Shown: piece by piece, positions 26,815 to 37,691 of the stretch
Layout of the letters: each line of letters opens with the position of its first letter
Numbering within the stretch: position 1 is the stretch's first letter
Assembly (NCBI GenBank): GCA_963804815.1
Contig: CAWDRU010000001.1
Location: 337,976 to 401,975 of the forward strand
Direction: 5' to 3'
DNA length: 64,000 nucleotides
Source of the DNA: Blastocatellia bacterium
GTDB taxonomy: Bacteria > Acidobacteriota > Blastocatellia > UBA7656
Notes under the pieces: model-generated
The model's database searches: none
What the model saw: the letters and a program-made list of their open reading frames with translations, nothing else
What the model was told of the DNA's origin: nothing
Program-made: the position numbers and the translations under genes

Positions 26815-26831
26815 TGGCACGGCACTTGGCT
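26815..26831 (+). promoter_or_regulatory. Sigma-54-like promoter variant upstream of the ADOP array
   Basis: TGGCACGGCACTTGGCT; 15/17 identical to 62250-62266. Confidence 0.6.
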
Positions 26832-26886
26832 AGACTTTCACGGACGAGTACGCAAAAAAGCTGCGAAAATTAATGGAGGTAAGCGT

Positions 26887-29304
26887 ATGGAGACTTTGCT
26901 TCAGGACGTTCGCTACTCTCTCAGGATGCTGGTCAAGAAACCGTCGTTCACTGCTATAGTAGTGCTTGCGCTTGCCATCGGCATAGGCGCAAACACTGCG
27001 ATCTTCAGCGTCGTCAACGCTATCCTGCTTCGTCCGCTGCCATACAAAAACCCTGACCGCATAGCGATGATCTGGATGAACAATCCAAAACTCGGCGTCG
27101 CTCAGGACTGGCATTCGTATCCGAACTACGTTGACTACAAAGAGCAGAATCAGGTCTTTGAAGACATGGCCGCATTCAATGATCGCAGCTACACCTTAAC
27201 GGGCACGGGCGAGCCTGTGCGCGTCATGGGCGCAGTTACGACTGCGAACCTGTTCTCCGTAATAGGCGCAGACCCCGCGCAAGGTCGCGCGTTTTCGGTC
27301 GAAGAAGAAGAGCCGGGCAAAGGTACGGTCGTCATACTCAGTCACGGGCTGTGGCAGCGCCGATTCGGAGGCGACGCGGGCATACTGGGCCAGCCCATCA
27401 GCCTCGACGGCACGACGCGTACGGTGATAGGCATCATGCCCGCGGGGTTTGCTTTCCCCCAGAAAGAGACTGAGTTGTGGGTGCCGCTTGTCGTCAGCCC
27501 TCAGCGAAAACAGGCGCGCTTCGGGTTTTCGCTCAAGTCTGTCGGAAGGCTCAAACCGGGCGTCACCGTAGCGCAGGCGCAATCCGATATGGGCGCAATC
27601 GGTGATCGCCTCGATGAACAGTATTTTCATTCGGGCTACAGCGCGAACATCGTTTCGCTGCACGAACAGGAGACAGGCAAAGTCAGGCCCGCGCTTCTTG
27701 TGCTGCTCGGAGCCGTGGCCTTCGTCCTGTTGATAGCCTGCATCAACGTAGCCAATCTTTTGCTCGCCCGCGCGGCTGCGCGCGAACGAGAGATAGCCCT
27801 ACGCACTGCGCTCGGAGCAGGTCGGGCGCGGCTCATCAGGCAACTGCTTACGGAAAGCGGGCTGCTCGCCTTTGTGGGCGGCATGGCAGGCTTGCTGCTT
27901 GCCTACTGGGGGCTGAAGGCTTTGATAGCGCTCAGTCCCGGAAACATTCCTCGCCTTGAGCAAGTCGGAATCGATGGCCGCGTGCTCGGCTTCACCTTCG
28001 CAATCTCTCTTGTGACGGGATTCGTCTTTGGGCTTGTGCCCGCGCTTCAGGCGTCGAAGCCCGACCTGAATGAAACGCTCAAAGAAGGCGGGCGCGGCTC
28101 TGCGGGCGGCACAAAAGGCAGGCGCGTTCGCAATCTGCTTGTGATCTATGAAATCGCGCTGTCGCTAATCCTGTTGATCGGCGCGGGCTTGATGATTCGC
28201 AGTTTCATCCAGTTGCAGAAGTTCGATCTCGGCTTCAACCCGAATAATCTTCTGACGATGAAAGTGCAGGTGTCAGGCTCAAAGTATCGCGAAGAGAAAC
28301 CAGTCGCGGATTTCTTTCAGCAGATCATTCAGCGAATGCAGACAGTGCCCGGTGTCGAAAGCATAGGCGGCACGTCGAGCATCTTCCTGAGCGATACGCC
28401 CAGCTCAACAGGCTTCTCCATTGAGGGCCGTCCGGTCTTCACCGAAGCCGAAAGCATCGAAGTCCCGCTCGATGCCGTCACTACAGACTATTTCAAAGTG
28501 ATGGGAATACCTCTTATGAAAGGCCGCGTGTTCGACGACCACGACCAGATAGGCTCGCCGCTCGTCGTCATCATAAATGAAACATTCGCTCGCCGCTTCT
28601 TCCCCGACGAAGACCCTCTGGGCAAGCGGTTTATGTACGGACAACCCGATGGCAATAACCCGCCCTGGATGACCATCGTCGGCGTTGTTGCAGACGTGCG
28701 CCGCACGGGGTTTGATAAAGAAGTGCGACCCGAAACCTTTCTGCCGCAAAATCAACAACCGGACGGAACGCTGACGATTGTGGCGCGCACGGCTTCCAAC
28801 CCCGCGAGCTTTGCAAACGCATTGCGAAGCGAAGTCTGGGCCGTCGATAAAGACCAATCGGTTTTCAAGATCGAAACGATGGATGAAACGCTTTCCGAGA
28901 TGACTTCCGAACGACGCTTCAATATGCTGTTACTGGGACTGTTCGCGGCTGTGGCGTTGATACTGGCGGCGGTCGGAATTTACGGCGTCATCTCGTATTC
29001 GGTCACACAGCGCACGCATGAAATCGGCATTCGCATGGCGCTGGGCGCGAGTGCGCGCGACGTGCTCAAACTGATCATCGGGCAGGCCATGCAGATGGCT
29101 TTCATCGGCGTGGGGCTTGGCCTTGTCGCTTCATTCTTTCTGACTCGTTTGATGTCGAGCCTGCTTTACGGCGTCTCTGCTACCGACCCCGTGACTTTCA
29201 CAGTTATTTCGCTCCTGCTCGCAGGAGTGGCTCTGGGAGCCTGCGCTGTGCCTGCGCGACGAGCGTTAAAGGTTGATCCGATGATCGCGCTTCGCTACGA
29301 ATGA
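26887..29304 (+). CDS. ADOP duplicated ABC permease, array copy 1
   Basis: [37 protein letters not shown] and [10 protein letters not shown]; two MacB_PCD-FtsX halves. Confidence 0.95.
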   Translation: METLLQDVRYSLRMLVKKPSFTAIVVLALAIGIGANTAIFSVVNAILLRPLPYKNPDRIAMIWMNNPKLGVAQDWHSYPNYVDYKEQNQVFEDMAAFNDRSYTLTGTGEPVRVMGAVTTANLFSVIGADPAQGRAFSVEEEEPGKGTVVILSHGLWQRRFGGDAGILGQPISLDGTTRTVIGIMPAGFAFPQKETELWVPLVVSPQRKQARFGFSLKSVGRLKPGVTVAQAQSDMGAIGDRLDEQYFHSGYSANIVSLHEQETGKVRPALLVLLGAVAFVLLIACINVANLLLARAAAREREIALRTALGAGRARLIRQLLTESGLLAFVGGMAGLLLAYWGLKALIALSPGNIPRLEQVGIDGRVLGFTFAISLVTGFVFGLVPALQASKPDLNETLKEGGRGSAGGTKGRRVRNLLVIYEIALSLILLIGAGLMIRSFIQLQKFDLGFNPNNLLTMKVQVSGSKYREEKPVADFFQQIIQRMQTVPGVESIGGTSSIFLSDTPSSTGFSIEGRPVFTEAESIEVPLDAVTTDYFKVMGIPLMKGRVFDDHDQIGSPLVVIINETFARRFFPDEDPLGKRFMYGQPDGNNPPWMTIVGVVADVRRTGFDKEVRPETFLPQNQQPDGTLTIVARTASNPASFANALRSEVWAVDKDQSVFKIETMDETLSEMTSERRFNMLLLGLFAAVALILAAVGIYGVISYSVTQRTHEIGIRMALGASARDVLKLIIGQAMQMAFIGVGLGLVASFFLTRLMSSLLYGVSATDPVTFTVISLLLAGVALGACAVPARRALKVDPMIALRYE

Positions 29305-29341
29305 GGGTTGAAGAGTAATTCTTAATTGAACTCGGAGGCTG

Positions 29342-31798
29342 ATGGGGACTTTATTTCAAGACCTGCGTTACAGCATTCGCGCGCTTTCAAAAAGACCGGG
29401 CTTCACGGCAATCGCCATCTTCACGCTCGCTCTTGGCATCGGAGCCAATACGGCCATCTTCAGCGTCATCAATGCCGCGCTTCTCAGACCGCTGCCTTTC
29501 ACCGAAGAAAACCGGCTGGTCGTCCTGCAACAGACGCGCGTGGAGGAGCCGGAAAAAGATCGCGGCGCGTCTTACCTGAATTTCGTTGACTGGAAGACAG
29601 AGAGCCGGTCTTTCGAGAACATGGCGATTATTGGCGCTGACGAATCGACGCTGCTCAATGAAGGCGAACCTGCGCGCGTACACGGCGCAATCGTCTCCGC
29701 AGACTTTTTCAAAACGCTGGGCATCGCGCCGAAACTCGGACGCGATTTCACGCCGGACGACGACCTGCCGGGCGCAAGCGACGGGCAGAACTCGGTGATG
29801 CTCTCCGACAGTTGTTGGCAGAGCCGTTTCGGCGGCGACCTTCAAATCATTGGGCGCAGTATCAATCTGGAAGGAAGCCCGTTTACAGTCATCGCCGTAC
29901 TGCCGCCCGGCATCATCCCTTTGCAGAAAGAGCCTGTTGATTATTGGGCGACGGTTGCGGTCAACGGCAGCATCAGCAAACAGGGCGCGGCAAATGCCAG
30001 TCGCGGCTACTCGCCATATTTCGGCATAATCGCGCGGCTGAAATCCGGTGTGACGCTCGAACAGGCAAAGGCCGAATTGGAGAGCGTCACGGCTGGGATG
30101 CGGGAAAAATATCGCGACACCAACGCCAGACTCGGCGTCAGCGTGACGCCATTGCGCGAACTGGTCACAAATGATGCAGGGCGATTGCTCTGGCTGTTGC
30201 TCGGCATCGTCGGGGCGGTCCTGCTGATCGCCTGCGCGAACGTGGCGAATCTGCTGCTTGCAAGAGCCGCAACCCGTCAACGAGAGATCGCAATACGCGC
30301 TGCGCTTGGCGCAAGCGTGCGACACATACTTCAACAACTGATAGGCGAAAGCCTGATGTTGTCGCTGGCCGGAGGTCTGGCCGGTCTGCTGCTTTCGATG
30401 TGGCTGGTCGATGGGCTGATTTCGCTTTTGCCCAAAGAGATACCCCGCATCGCAGGGCTTGAGCCTGACTGGCGCGTGCTGCTTTTCACCTTCGGCGCGG
30501 CAATCATCACGGGCATATTGTGCGGGCTTGCGCCTGCGCTCGCCTCGGCAAGAGTCGATCTGTCGTGCGCGCTCAAAGAAGGCGGGCGCAGCAGACAGGG
30601 CGCAGTCCTGAGCGGGCGATTGCGAAACGCGCTCGTCATCGGCGAGATTGCCGTCGCTTTGATCCTGCTGACGGGAGCCGGGCTGTTAGTGAAAAGCCTG
30701 ATTCGCCTGCAACAGGTCAAACCGGGATTTGAAACAGGCAACATCCTGACTGCGCAGATGGTTCTGCCAGCCAGCCGTTATCTCGACGATCAGATGAACC
30801 CTGAGCGAATCAATGCTTTTCTCAACAGCCTGACCGAGCAAATAAAGGATACGCCCGGCGTGCGCGACGTGAGTTACGCTCAAAGCGTCCCGCTGACTTC
30901 GATTGAAAACTCCACCAGATTCGACACGCCCGCCCGCCCGTTCCCGAAGGGGCAGCAGCCGAGCGCTGAACTGCGATTTATCGGTATCGATTACTTCAAG
31001 ACGCTCAACATCCCGCAACTCGACGGGCGCGATTTCACGCCGCGCGATAATCCGCAATCGCCGTCTGTCGTCATCATAAACGAGGCGTTCGCCGGGGAGT
31101 ATTTTAAAGACGAAAACCCGCTTGGCAAAAAGCTGAAACTCGGATGGGGCGGGGATGACCCGAAAGAGATAATCGGCGTTGTCGGCAATGTGCGCCACCG
31201 CAGTTTAAGCGACGACGCGCGCCCCGAAATGTATGTGCCGCAAGCCCAGTTCGCAAATGCGGGCATCACGTTGCTGGTGCGGTCAAACATCAAATCCGAA
31301 AGCGTGATCGCGACAGTTAAAAACGCAGTCTATGCGCTCGACCCTGAATTGCCTTTGACCGAAATAAAGACGCTCGACGAATACCGCGCCGATTCAATCG
31401 CCCTGCCGCGCTTCAATACTTTCCTGCTCAGTCTATTCGCAGGTCTCGCGCTGCTGCTGACAGTAGTCGGTTTGTACGGCGTGATGAGTTACACCGTCAC
31501 ACAGCGCACGCACGAAATAGGCATTCGCATGGCGCTGGGCGCGAGTGCGCGCGACGTGCTCAAACTGATCATCGGGCAGGCCATGCAGATGGCTTTCATC
31601 GGCGTGGGGCTTGGCCTTGTCGCTTCATTCTTTCTGACCCGTTTGATGTCGAGCCTGCTTTATGGCGTCTCTGCTACGGACCCCGTGACTTTCACAGTTA
31701 TTTCGCTCCTGCTCGCAGGAGTGGCTCTGGGAGCCTGTTTCATCCCTGCTCGTCGCGCCACAAAGATCGATCCGATGGTCGCGCTCAAGTACGAATGA
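29342..31798 (+). CDS. ADOP permease, array copy 2
   Basis: Same signatures; 818 aa. Confidence 0.95.
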   Translation: MGTLFQDLRYSIRALSKRPGFTAIAIFTLALGIGANTAIFSVINAALLRPLPFTEENRLVVLQQTRVEEPEKDRGASYLNFVDWKTESRSFENMAIIGADESTLLNEGEPARVHGAIVSADFFKTLGIAPKLGRDFTPDDDLPGASDGQNSVMLSDSCWQSRFGGDLQIIGRSINLEGSPFTVIAVLPPGIIPLQKEPVDYWATVAVNGSISKQGAANASRGYSPYFGIIARLKSGVTLEQAKAELESVTAGMREKYRDTNARLGVSVTPLRELVTNDAGRLLWLLLGIVGAVLLIACANVANLLLARAATRQREIAIRAALGASVRHILQQLIGESLMLSLAGGLAGLLLSMWLVDGLISLLPKEIPRIAGLEPDWRVLLFTFGAAIITGILCGLAPALASARVDLSCALKEGGRSRQGAVLSGRLRNALVIGEIAVALILLTGAGLLVKSLIRLQQVKPGFETGNILTAQMVLPASRYLDDQMNPERINAFLNSLTEQIKDTPGVRDVSYAQSVPLTSIENSTRFDTPARPFPKGQQPSAELRFIGIDYFKTLNIPQLDGRDFTPRDNPQSPSVVIINEAFAGEYFKDENPLGKKLKLGWGGDDPKEIIGVVGNVRHRSLSDDARPEMYVPQAQFANAGITLLVRSNIKSESVIATVKNAVYALDPELPLTEIKTLDEYRADSIALPRFNTFLLSLFAGLALLLTVVGLYGVMSYTVTQRTHEIGIRMALGASARDVLKLIIGQAMQMAFIGVGLGLVASFFLTRLMSSLLYGVSATDPVTFTVISLLLAGVALGACFIPARRATKIDPMVALKYE

Positions 31799-31823
31799 AC
31801 AACTAAAACTAAGGAGACTCCAA

Positions 31824-32669
31824 ATGAAGAGACATTCACTCCTGCTGCTGACGGTTATAGCGTTGGCGATTTTTCAATCCGCGCTGGCAGGCGGGCAGTC
31901 GCTCCCCGGCAAAGAGTTCAAAAAGACTGTCGAGTTCGAGTCGGGCGGCGATTTCACGATCAAAACGGATAAAGGCAGCGTTCGATTGACTTCGTGGGAC
32001 AGCTCTCAGATAGAGATTTACGCGCGCATTGTAGCGTCGAAAGAGGTGAGCGAGGATTACGGCAGGCGAACAGTCGAAGGCGCGCGAGTCGAAGTCTCAG
32101 GCGATGGCCGCTCGCTTACGGTGCGCTCGGACTTCAGCGGCGTTCCTTCTAAAGATGGATTCCTGAATCAATCAAAGACGCTCCCGGACATTCACTACGA
32201 GATTCGCGCGCCGCGCAGCCTCAACATCCATGTCGAAGCAGATCGGTGCAAGGTCGAGCTACAGGGATTCAAGGGAATGACCCGGCTCAACACAGATCGA
32301 ACGCCCGTTCAGGTGAGCGACCTTGAAGGCGAGCTTCGGGCGAATATGGACAGGGGCCATGCGACTTTTTTCAACCTGCGAGGTCGATTCGAGATTGAAG
32401 CGGACAGGACCGACGCACGGATGCACGGCCTTCGCATAGAAGGCGACTCGCGGCTTGAAATTGATCGAGGCGACTTCGAGTTGAAGCTGGCCGAGTCTCA
32501 GGGGCTGAACATTATCGCAGACCTCAGCCGCAGAGAAAGTTTCGATACGGACTTCGGCCTGACGGTTAAGACCATGAGCGGAAAAAGTTTTGAAGGCGCG
32601 ATAAACGGCGGCGGCCCTCGCTTCTCGATTCAAGCCGACAGAGGGCGTGTCAGTCTGAAGCGCGAGTAA
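31824..32669 (+). CDS. Secreted DUF4097 / putative adhesin beta-strand repeat protein
   Basis: Signal peptide; YEIRAP, recurring xDRG turns and C-terminal GAINGGGP; AAGGAG RBS. Confidence 0.75.
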   Translation: MKRHSLLLLTVIALAIFQSALAGGQSLPGKEFKKTVEFESGGDFTIKTDKGSVRLTSWDSSQIEIYARIVASKEVSEDYGRRTVEGARVEVSGDGRSLTVRSDFSGVPSKDGFLNQSKTLPDIHYEIRAPRSLNIHVEADRCKVELQGFKGMTRLNTDRTPVQVSDLEGELRANMDRGHATFFNLRGRFEIEADRTDARMHGLRIEGDSRLEIDRGDFELKLAESQGLNIIADLSRRESFDTDFGLTVKTMSGKSFEGAINGGGPRFSIQADRGRVSLKRE

Positions 32670-32791
32670 TGGCAGTAGTCCGAGCGTCAGTGGGAGGTGA
32701 ACACCTGCGCTCTCGCTTATTGCAAACATGTGAAACCCAATGGCGCAATGAGTCACTTACTTAAAATGTTTGAAACCTTGATGGAGGGCAA

Positions 32792-35209
32792 ATGACAACT
32801 CTATTGCAAGACCTGCGCTACGCGATTCGCATGCTGCTGAAAAATATCGGCTTCACCGTGGTCGCTGTGCTCGCTTTGACTTTAGGGATAGGAGCCGACA
32901 CGGCGATCTTCAGCGTGGTCAACTCTGTGCTGCTCAAACCGTTGCCGTATGCGGAATCTGATCGGCTGGTCTATATGTGGGAGGAAAGTCCGCAGATAGA
33001 CCGCATGTCGGTCGCTTATCCGAACTTCGTTGACTGGCGCGAGCAGAACACGGTTTTTGAAAATATCGGAGTCTTTCGCCGTCAGAACTATAACCTGACG
33101 GGCACGGGTGAGCCTGAGCGACTGGTCGGCGCGATGATGTCAGTAGATATGTTTGATGCGCTCAGAGTCGAACCCGCACACGGGCGCGTCTTCATAAAAG
33201 ACGAGGACAAGCCGGGCGCTAGTCCTGTTGTAATTTTGAGCCACGGTCTCTGGCAGCGCAGATTCGGCGGCGACCCCAATATTATCGATCAAAGCATAAC
33301 GCTCGACGGTCGCGGCTACACGGTTATCGGCATTATGGGTCCCGATTTCCTCTTTCCAAGCCGCGCGGAGTTGTGGACATCTGTCGGTCAGGCTTCAACG
33401 CTCCCGGGCTGGGAAAATCGCGGCAATCATCCGGGGCTACAGGGCGTGGCGCGGCTCAAGGCAGGTGTGACGGTCGAGCAGGCTCGCGAAGGCATGCAGA
33501 TCGTCGCAGTCAATCTCGAAAAGCAGTACCCGGATTCCAACACAGGCAATCGGGTCACGTTAATTCCCGCGCTCGAAAGCGTGGTGCAGACCATACGGCC
33601 CGCGCTGATGGTGCTGCTCGGAGCCGTCGGATTCGTGCTGTTGATCGCCTGCGCAAATGTCGCAAACCTCCTGCTTGCCCGCGCCACATCGCGACAAAAA
33701 GAGATAGCCATCCGCACTGCGCTTGGCGCAAGCCGTTGGCGCATCATCAGGCAGTTGCTTACGGAAAGCATTCTGCTTTCCGTGTTCGGCGGCGCGTTCG
33801 GATTGCTGCTGGCCAGTTGGGGAGTGAAACTGATCGTCGCCATCAGCCCGAACAGCATACCGCGCGCCAGAGAGATCGGCATCGATAATCGCGTACTTGT
33901 TTTCACCATTCTGGTTTCGCTGCTGACGGGAATCATTTTCGGGCTTGTGCCCGCGCTGCAAATGAGCAAGCCCGATTTGAATGAAACGCTCAAGGATGCG
34001 GGGCGCGGGTCTACCGGCAGGCGGCATGTTCTGCGCAGCGCGCTCGTCGTTGCGGAAGTCGCGCTGACGCTTGTTTTGCTTGTCGGCGCAGGATTGATGA
34101 TTCGCAGTTTTTATCGCCTGCAACAGGTTGACCCGGGATTCAACTACGACAATCTTCTGACGTTCAATATTTCGCTGCCGCAGAAAAAATATACGGACGA
34201 TGCGCAGAGAACTAACTTCTACAATCAGGCTACGGAAAAGATTCGCGCCCTGCCCGGCGTTCAAACCGTAGGGCTTTCTTCGGGCCTGCCGCTCGGCAAC
34301 AACGGCTGGCAAACCTCTTTTGTGATCGACGGCCAGCCGCCGCCCGAACCGGGCAAGACTCCGATTACGGAAGCCGCCTCGGCAAGCCCGGATTACTTCC
34401 GCGCCATGCAGATCACTGTGCTCAAGGGACGCGCCTTCAGCGAACAGGATACGAAAGACGCGACGCCTGTTGCGCTGATTGACGAAGAGTTCGCGCGGCG
34501 TTACTGGCCTGACGAAGAAGCTGTGGGCAAACACATACGTCCGGGGGGCAACGATCCGAAAAATCCACTGGTAGAGATCGTAGGCATTGTGCGCCGCGTC
34601 AGGATGGACGGGCTGAATCAGGATTCAAATCGCGTGCAGTCCTACTATCCATTTCGCCAGTTGCCTTTCGCCGGAATGACTGTAATCGTTAAGACAAGCA
34701 CAGATCCGATGAGCCTGGCCGCCGCCGTGCGGCAACAGGTGCTGTCGATTGACCCCGACCAGCCGATTTATAACCTCAACACAATGCAGCAACAGCGCGC
34801 AGATTCGATAGCGCCGGAACAGTTGAACCTGATGCTGCTCGGCGTCTTTGCGGCTGTGGCTTTGATACTGGCGGCTGTTGGAATCTACGGCGTGATGGCT
34901 TACTCGGTCACGCAGCGCACGCACGAAATCGGCATTCGCATGGCGCTGGGCGCGCAATCGTCAGACGTGCTCGGCATGGTCATCAGGCAGGGGATGAAGC
35001 TGGCGCTGGGCGGCCTCGTAATCGGCACCTTTGGCGCGTGGCTGACAACTCGCGCGATGGCGAGTCTGCTTTTCGGCGTGTCTGCTACGGACACAGTAAC
35101 TTTCATCGCTGTTCCAGTCGTGCTGGGGGTAGTCTCTTTTGTGGCCTGCGCAGTGCCTGCGCGCCGCGCCACTAAAGTCGATCCCATGATCGCGCTTCGC
35201 TACGAATGA
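32792..35209 (+). CDS. ADOP permease, array copy 3
   Basis: Same signatures; 805 aa. Confidence 0.95.
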   Translation: MTTLLQDLRYAIRMLLKNIGFTVVAVLALTLGIGADTAIFSVVNSVLLKPLPYAESDRLVYMWEESPQIDRMSVAYPNFVDWREQNTVFENIGVFRRQNYNLTGTGEPERLVGAMMSVDMFDALRVEPAHGRVFIKDEDKPGASPVVILSHGLWQRRFGGDPNIIDQSITLDGRGYTVIGIMGPDFLFPSRAELWTSVGQASTLPGWENRGNHPGLQGVARLKAGVTVEQAREGMQIVAVNLEKQYPDSNTGNRVTLIPALESVVQTIRPALMVLLGAVGFVLLIACANVANLLLARATSRQKEIAIRTALGASRWRIIRQLLTESILLSVFGGAFGLLLASWGVKLIVAISPNSIPRAREIGIDNRVLVFTILVSLLTGIIFGLVPALQMSKPDLNETLKDAGRGSTGRRHVLRSALVVAEVALTLVLLVGAGLMIRSFYRLQQVDPGFNYDNLLTFNISLPQKKYTDDAQRTNFYNQATEKIRALPGVQTVGLSSGLPLGNNGWQTSFVIDGQPPPEPGKTPITEAASASPDYFRAMQITVLKGRAFSEQDTKDATPVALIDEEFARRYWPDEEAVGKHIRPGGNDPKNPLVEIVGIVRRVRMDGLNQDSNRVQSYYPFRQLPFAGMTVIVKTSTDPMSLAAAVRQQVLSIDPDQPIYNLNTMQQQRADSIAPEQLNLMLLGVFAAVALILAAVGIYGVMAYSVTQRTHEIGIRMALGAQSSDVLGMVIRQGMKLALGGLVIGTFGAWLTTRAMASLLFGVSATDTVTFIAVPVVLGVVSFVACAVPARRATKVDPMIALRYE

Positions 35210-35229
35210 TTCGATTTCCGGAGGTACTG

Positions 35230-37668
35230 ATGGAGACTCTGTTACAGGACCTGCGTTACGGCGTAAGAATGCTTACGCAGAAGCCCGCATTCACTTCCAT
35301 TATCGTCATCGCTCTGGCGATAGGCATCGGCGCGACGACCGCTATATTCAGCGTCGTCAACTCTGTGCTGCTTCGCCCGCTGTCATTCAATACGCCGGAT
35401 AAAATCCTGATGGTGTGGAATACCGTAGAGAAAGAGGATCAGTTCGCAGTCTCTTATCCTGACTTCATGGACTGGCAGCAGCGCAATCAGTCTTTCGAGC
35501 AGCTGGCGGCCTATTCGTCGAGAGATTTCACAATGACCGGCATGGGCGAGCCTGTTCGCCTGCATGGCGTGATGGTGACGGGCGATCTGTTTCCGATTCT
35601 GGGCATTCAGCCAAAGATTGGCCGTCTCTTTCTGCCGGAAGAAGACAAACCCGGCGCGCGTGCAGCAGTGTTGAGCCACAGAATGTGGCAACAGCATTTC
35701 GCAGCGGACTCGAATGTGCGCGACAAGTCCATCACGCTCAACGGGCAAAGTTACTCAATCGTGGGCGTGATGCCGCAGGGGTTTCAGTTCCCTATACAAA
35801 ACGAGCCAGCCATTGATTTCTGGACGACCACGTCCTCCATGCAGGAAGGCGCTGTGCCGCTCAGCGTACAACGCGGCAATCACGCGATTGAAGTCATCGG
35901 CAGATTGAAAGACGGCGCGACGCTCGAACAGGCGCAAGCCGATATGAGCGCAATCGCGGGCGTATTAGGCAGCCAGTACCCCGACACCAATTCGCAATTC
36001 GGAGCGAGAGTTGTGCCGCTTCAGGATGAGTTGGTCAAAGAGATTCGCCCCGCTCTATTGATTCTGTTCGGCGCGGTCGGGTGCGTTCTGTTGATCGCCT
36101 GCGTGAACGTCGCAAATCTTCTGCTCGTGCGAGCGACCACGCGACAAAAAGAGGTAGCGATTCGCACGGCGCTCGGCGCTACCAGACTGCGCGTCATCAG
36201 GCAGTTGCTTACGGAAAGCATTCTGCTTTCACTGTTGGGCGGTGTGCTTGGATTATTGCTTGCGATGTGGGGAATAGATCTGCTCGTATCGATTGCTCCG
36301 GGACTACCGCGCGCGGGCGAAATATCGATAGACGCAAAAGTTTTAGGGTTCACCGCGCTCGTCACGCTCGCCACGGGACTCTTTTTCGGAATCGTTCCGG
36401 CCCTGCAGGTCTCAAGAACAGACTTAACGCAAACGCTCAAAGAAGGCGGGCGCACATCGGGCGCGGGGGCGCATCACAACCGCGTACGCAGCGCGCTGGT
36501 CGTTCTGGAAGTGGCAATCGCATTGATGCTGCTTGTGGGAGCCGGTCTGTTCATAAACAGCTTCCTGCGGCTGCAAAGGGTCAATCCCGGATTCGATACG
36601 AACAACGCGCTCAGTTTCAGAATCGGCCTGCCTGATACACGGTACCCACAGGCGCAACAGAAGACAGATTTTTACAGGCAACTGGCATCGCGCATCGAAT
36701 CGCTGCCCGGAATTAAAAGCGTCGCATACACGAGCGCCCTGCCTTTGAGCGGGCAAGGCGGCGGCGTGGGATTTTCTATCGAAGGCGAGCCGAACGCTTC
36801 CGGTCTGCCCTTCCCTTACGACTCGGACTACAGGGCTGTCAGTCCCGGTTACTTCACCACGATGGGCATTCAGTTGATCAATGGCCGAGACTTCGACGAG
36901 CGCGACGAATTGATATCGAATCCTGTCGTCATTATTAACGAGACGCTTGCGAAGCGTTATTTCGCGAATCAAAGTCCTTTAGGCAAACGGATCAATCCCA
37001 GTTTCGGCATCGATGATCGCGGCATACTGATGCGCGAGATCGTAGGCGTGGTCAGCAATTTCAAGCACAGCAGTCTAAGCGCCGAAACTCAACCGGAACT
37101 ATACATCGCCTACAAACAGAACCCGCGCTCGACCATGACGGTTGTGGTTCGCGCAGGCAGCGACCCGAACAATCTGGTCGCGGCGATCAGAGAGGAAGCG
37201 CATTCGCTCGACAGCGATCTTCCGATTTTCAACGTCAGAACATTCGACCAGTACCTTTCGGCTTCAGTCGCGCAACCGCGATTCAACACGCTGCTGCTCG
37301 GCGTATTCGCTGCCCTGGCTTTGATCCTGACCGTAGTCGGGCTTTACGGCGTGACATCTTATTCAGTCACGCAGCGCTCGCACGAAATAGGCGTGAGAAT
37401 GGCTCTGGGAGCCACTTCCGGGAATGTTTTGTCGCTCATCATCAGACAGGGCCTGAGCCTGACTCTGACAGGAGTGGCGCTCGGTCTTGCGGGAGCCTTC
37501 GCTTTTACGCGCGTGGCAGAGAGCCTGCTGTTCGGCGTGACGGCAACCGACCCTTTTACTTTTATCGCAGTATCCGTGCTCTTGATCGGCGTGTCGCTTG
37601 TGGCCTGCGCAGTGCCTGCCCGCCGCGCCACTAAAGTCGATCCGATGATCGCGCTCAGATACGAATGA
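35230..37668 (+). CDS. ADOP permease, array copy 4
   Basis: Same signatures; start moved to METLLQD after GGAGG. Confidence 0.95.
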   Translation: METLLQDLRYGVRMLTQKPAFTSIIVIALAIGIGATTAIFSVVNSVLLRPLSFNTPDKILMVWNTVEKEDQFAVSYPDFMDWQQRNQSFEQLAAYSSRDFTMTGMGEPVRLHGVMVTGDLFPILGIQPKIGRLFLPEEDKPGARAAVLSHRMWQQHFAADSNVRDKSITLNGQSYSIVGVMPQGFQFPIQNEPAIDFWTTTSSMQEGAVPLSVQRGNHAIEVIGRLKDGATLEQAQADMSAIAGVLGSQYPDTNSQFGARVVPLQDELVKEIRPALLILFGAVGCVLLIACVNVANLLLVRATTRQKEVAIRTALGATRLRVIRQLLTESILLSLLGGVLGLLLAMWGIDLLVSIAPGLPRAGEISIDAKVLGFTALVTLATGLFFGIVPALQVSRTDLTQTLKEGGRTSGAGAHHNRVRSALVVLEVAIALMLLVGAGLFINSFLRLQRVNPGFDTNNALSFRIGLPDTRYPQAQQKTDFYRQLASRIESLPGIKSVAYTSALPLSGQGGGVGFSIEGEPNASGLPFPYDSDYRAVSPGYFTTMGIQLINGRDFDERDELISNPVVIINETLAKRYFANQSPLGKRINPSFGIDDRGILMREIVGVVSNFKHSSLSAETQPELYIAYKQNPRSTMTVVVRAGSDPNNLVAAIREEAHSLDSDLPIFNVRTFDQYLSASVAQPRFNTLLLGVFAALALILTVVGLYGVTSYSVTQRSHEIGVRMALGATSGNVLSLIIRQGLSLTLTGVALGLAGAFAFTRVAESLLFGVTATDPFTFIAVSVLLIGVSLVACAVPARRATKVDPMIALRYE

Positions 37669-37691
37669 TCAACACCGAACTCGGAGGTTTT

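Noticed and set aside
29002-31737. Diversity-generating retroelement TR/VR pair
   Set aside because: The mismatches are synonymous and not adenine-specific, both copies are coding, and no reverse transcriptase is present.
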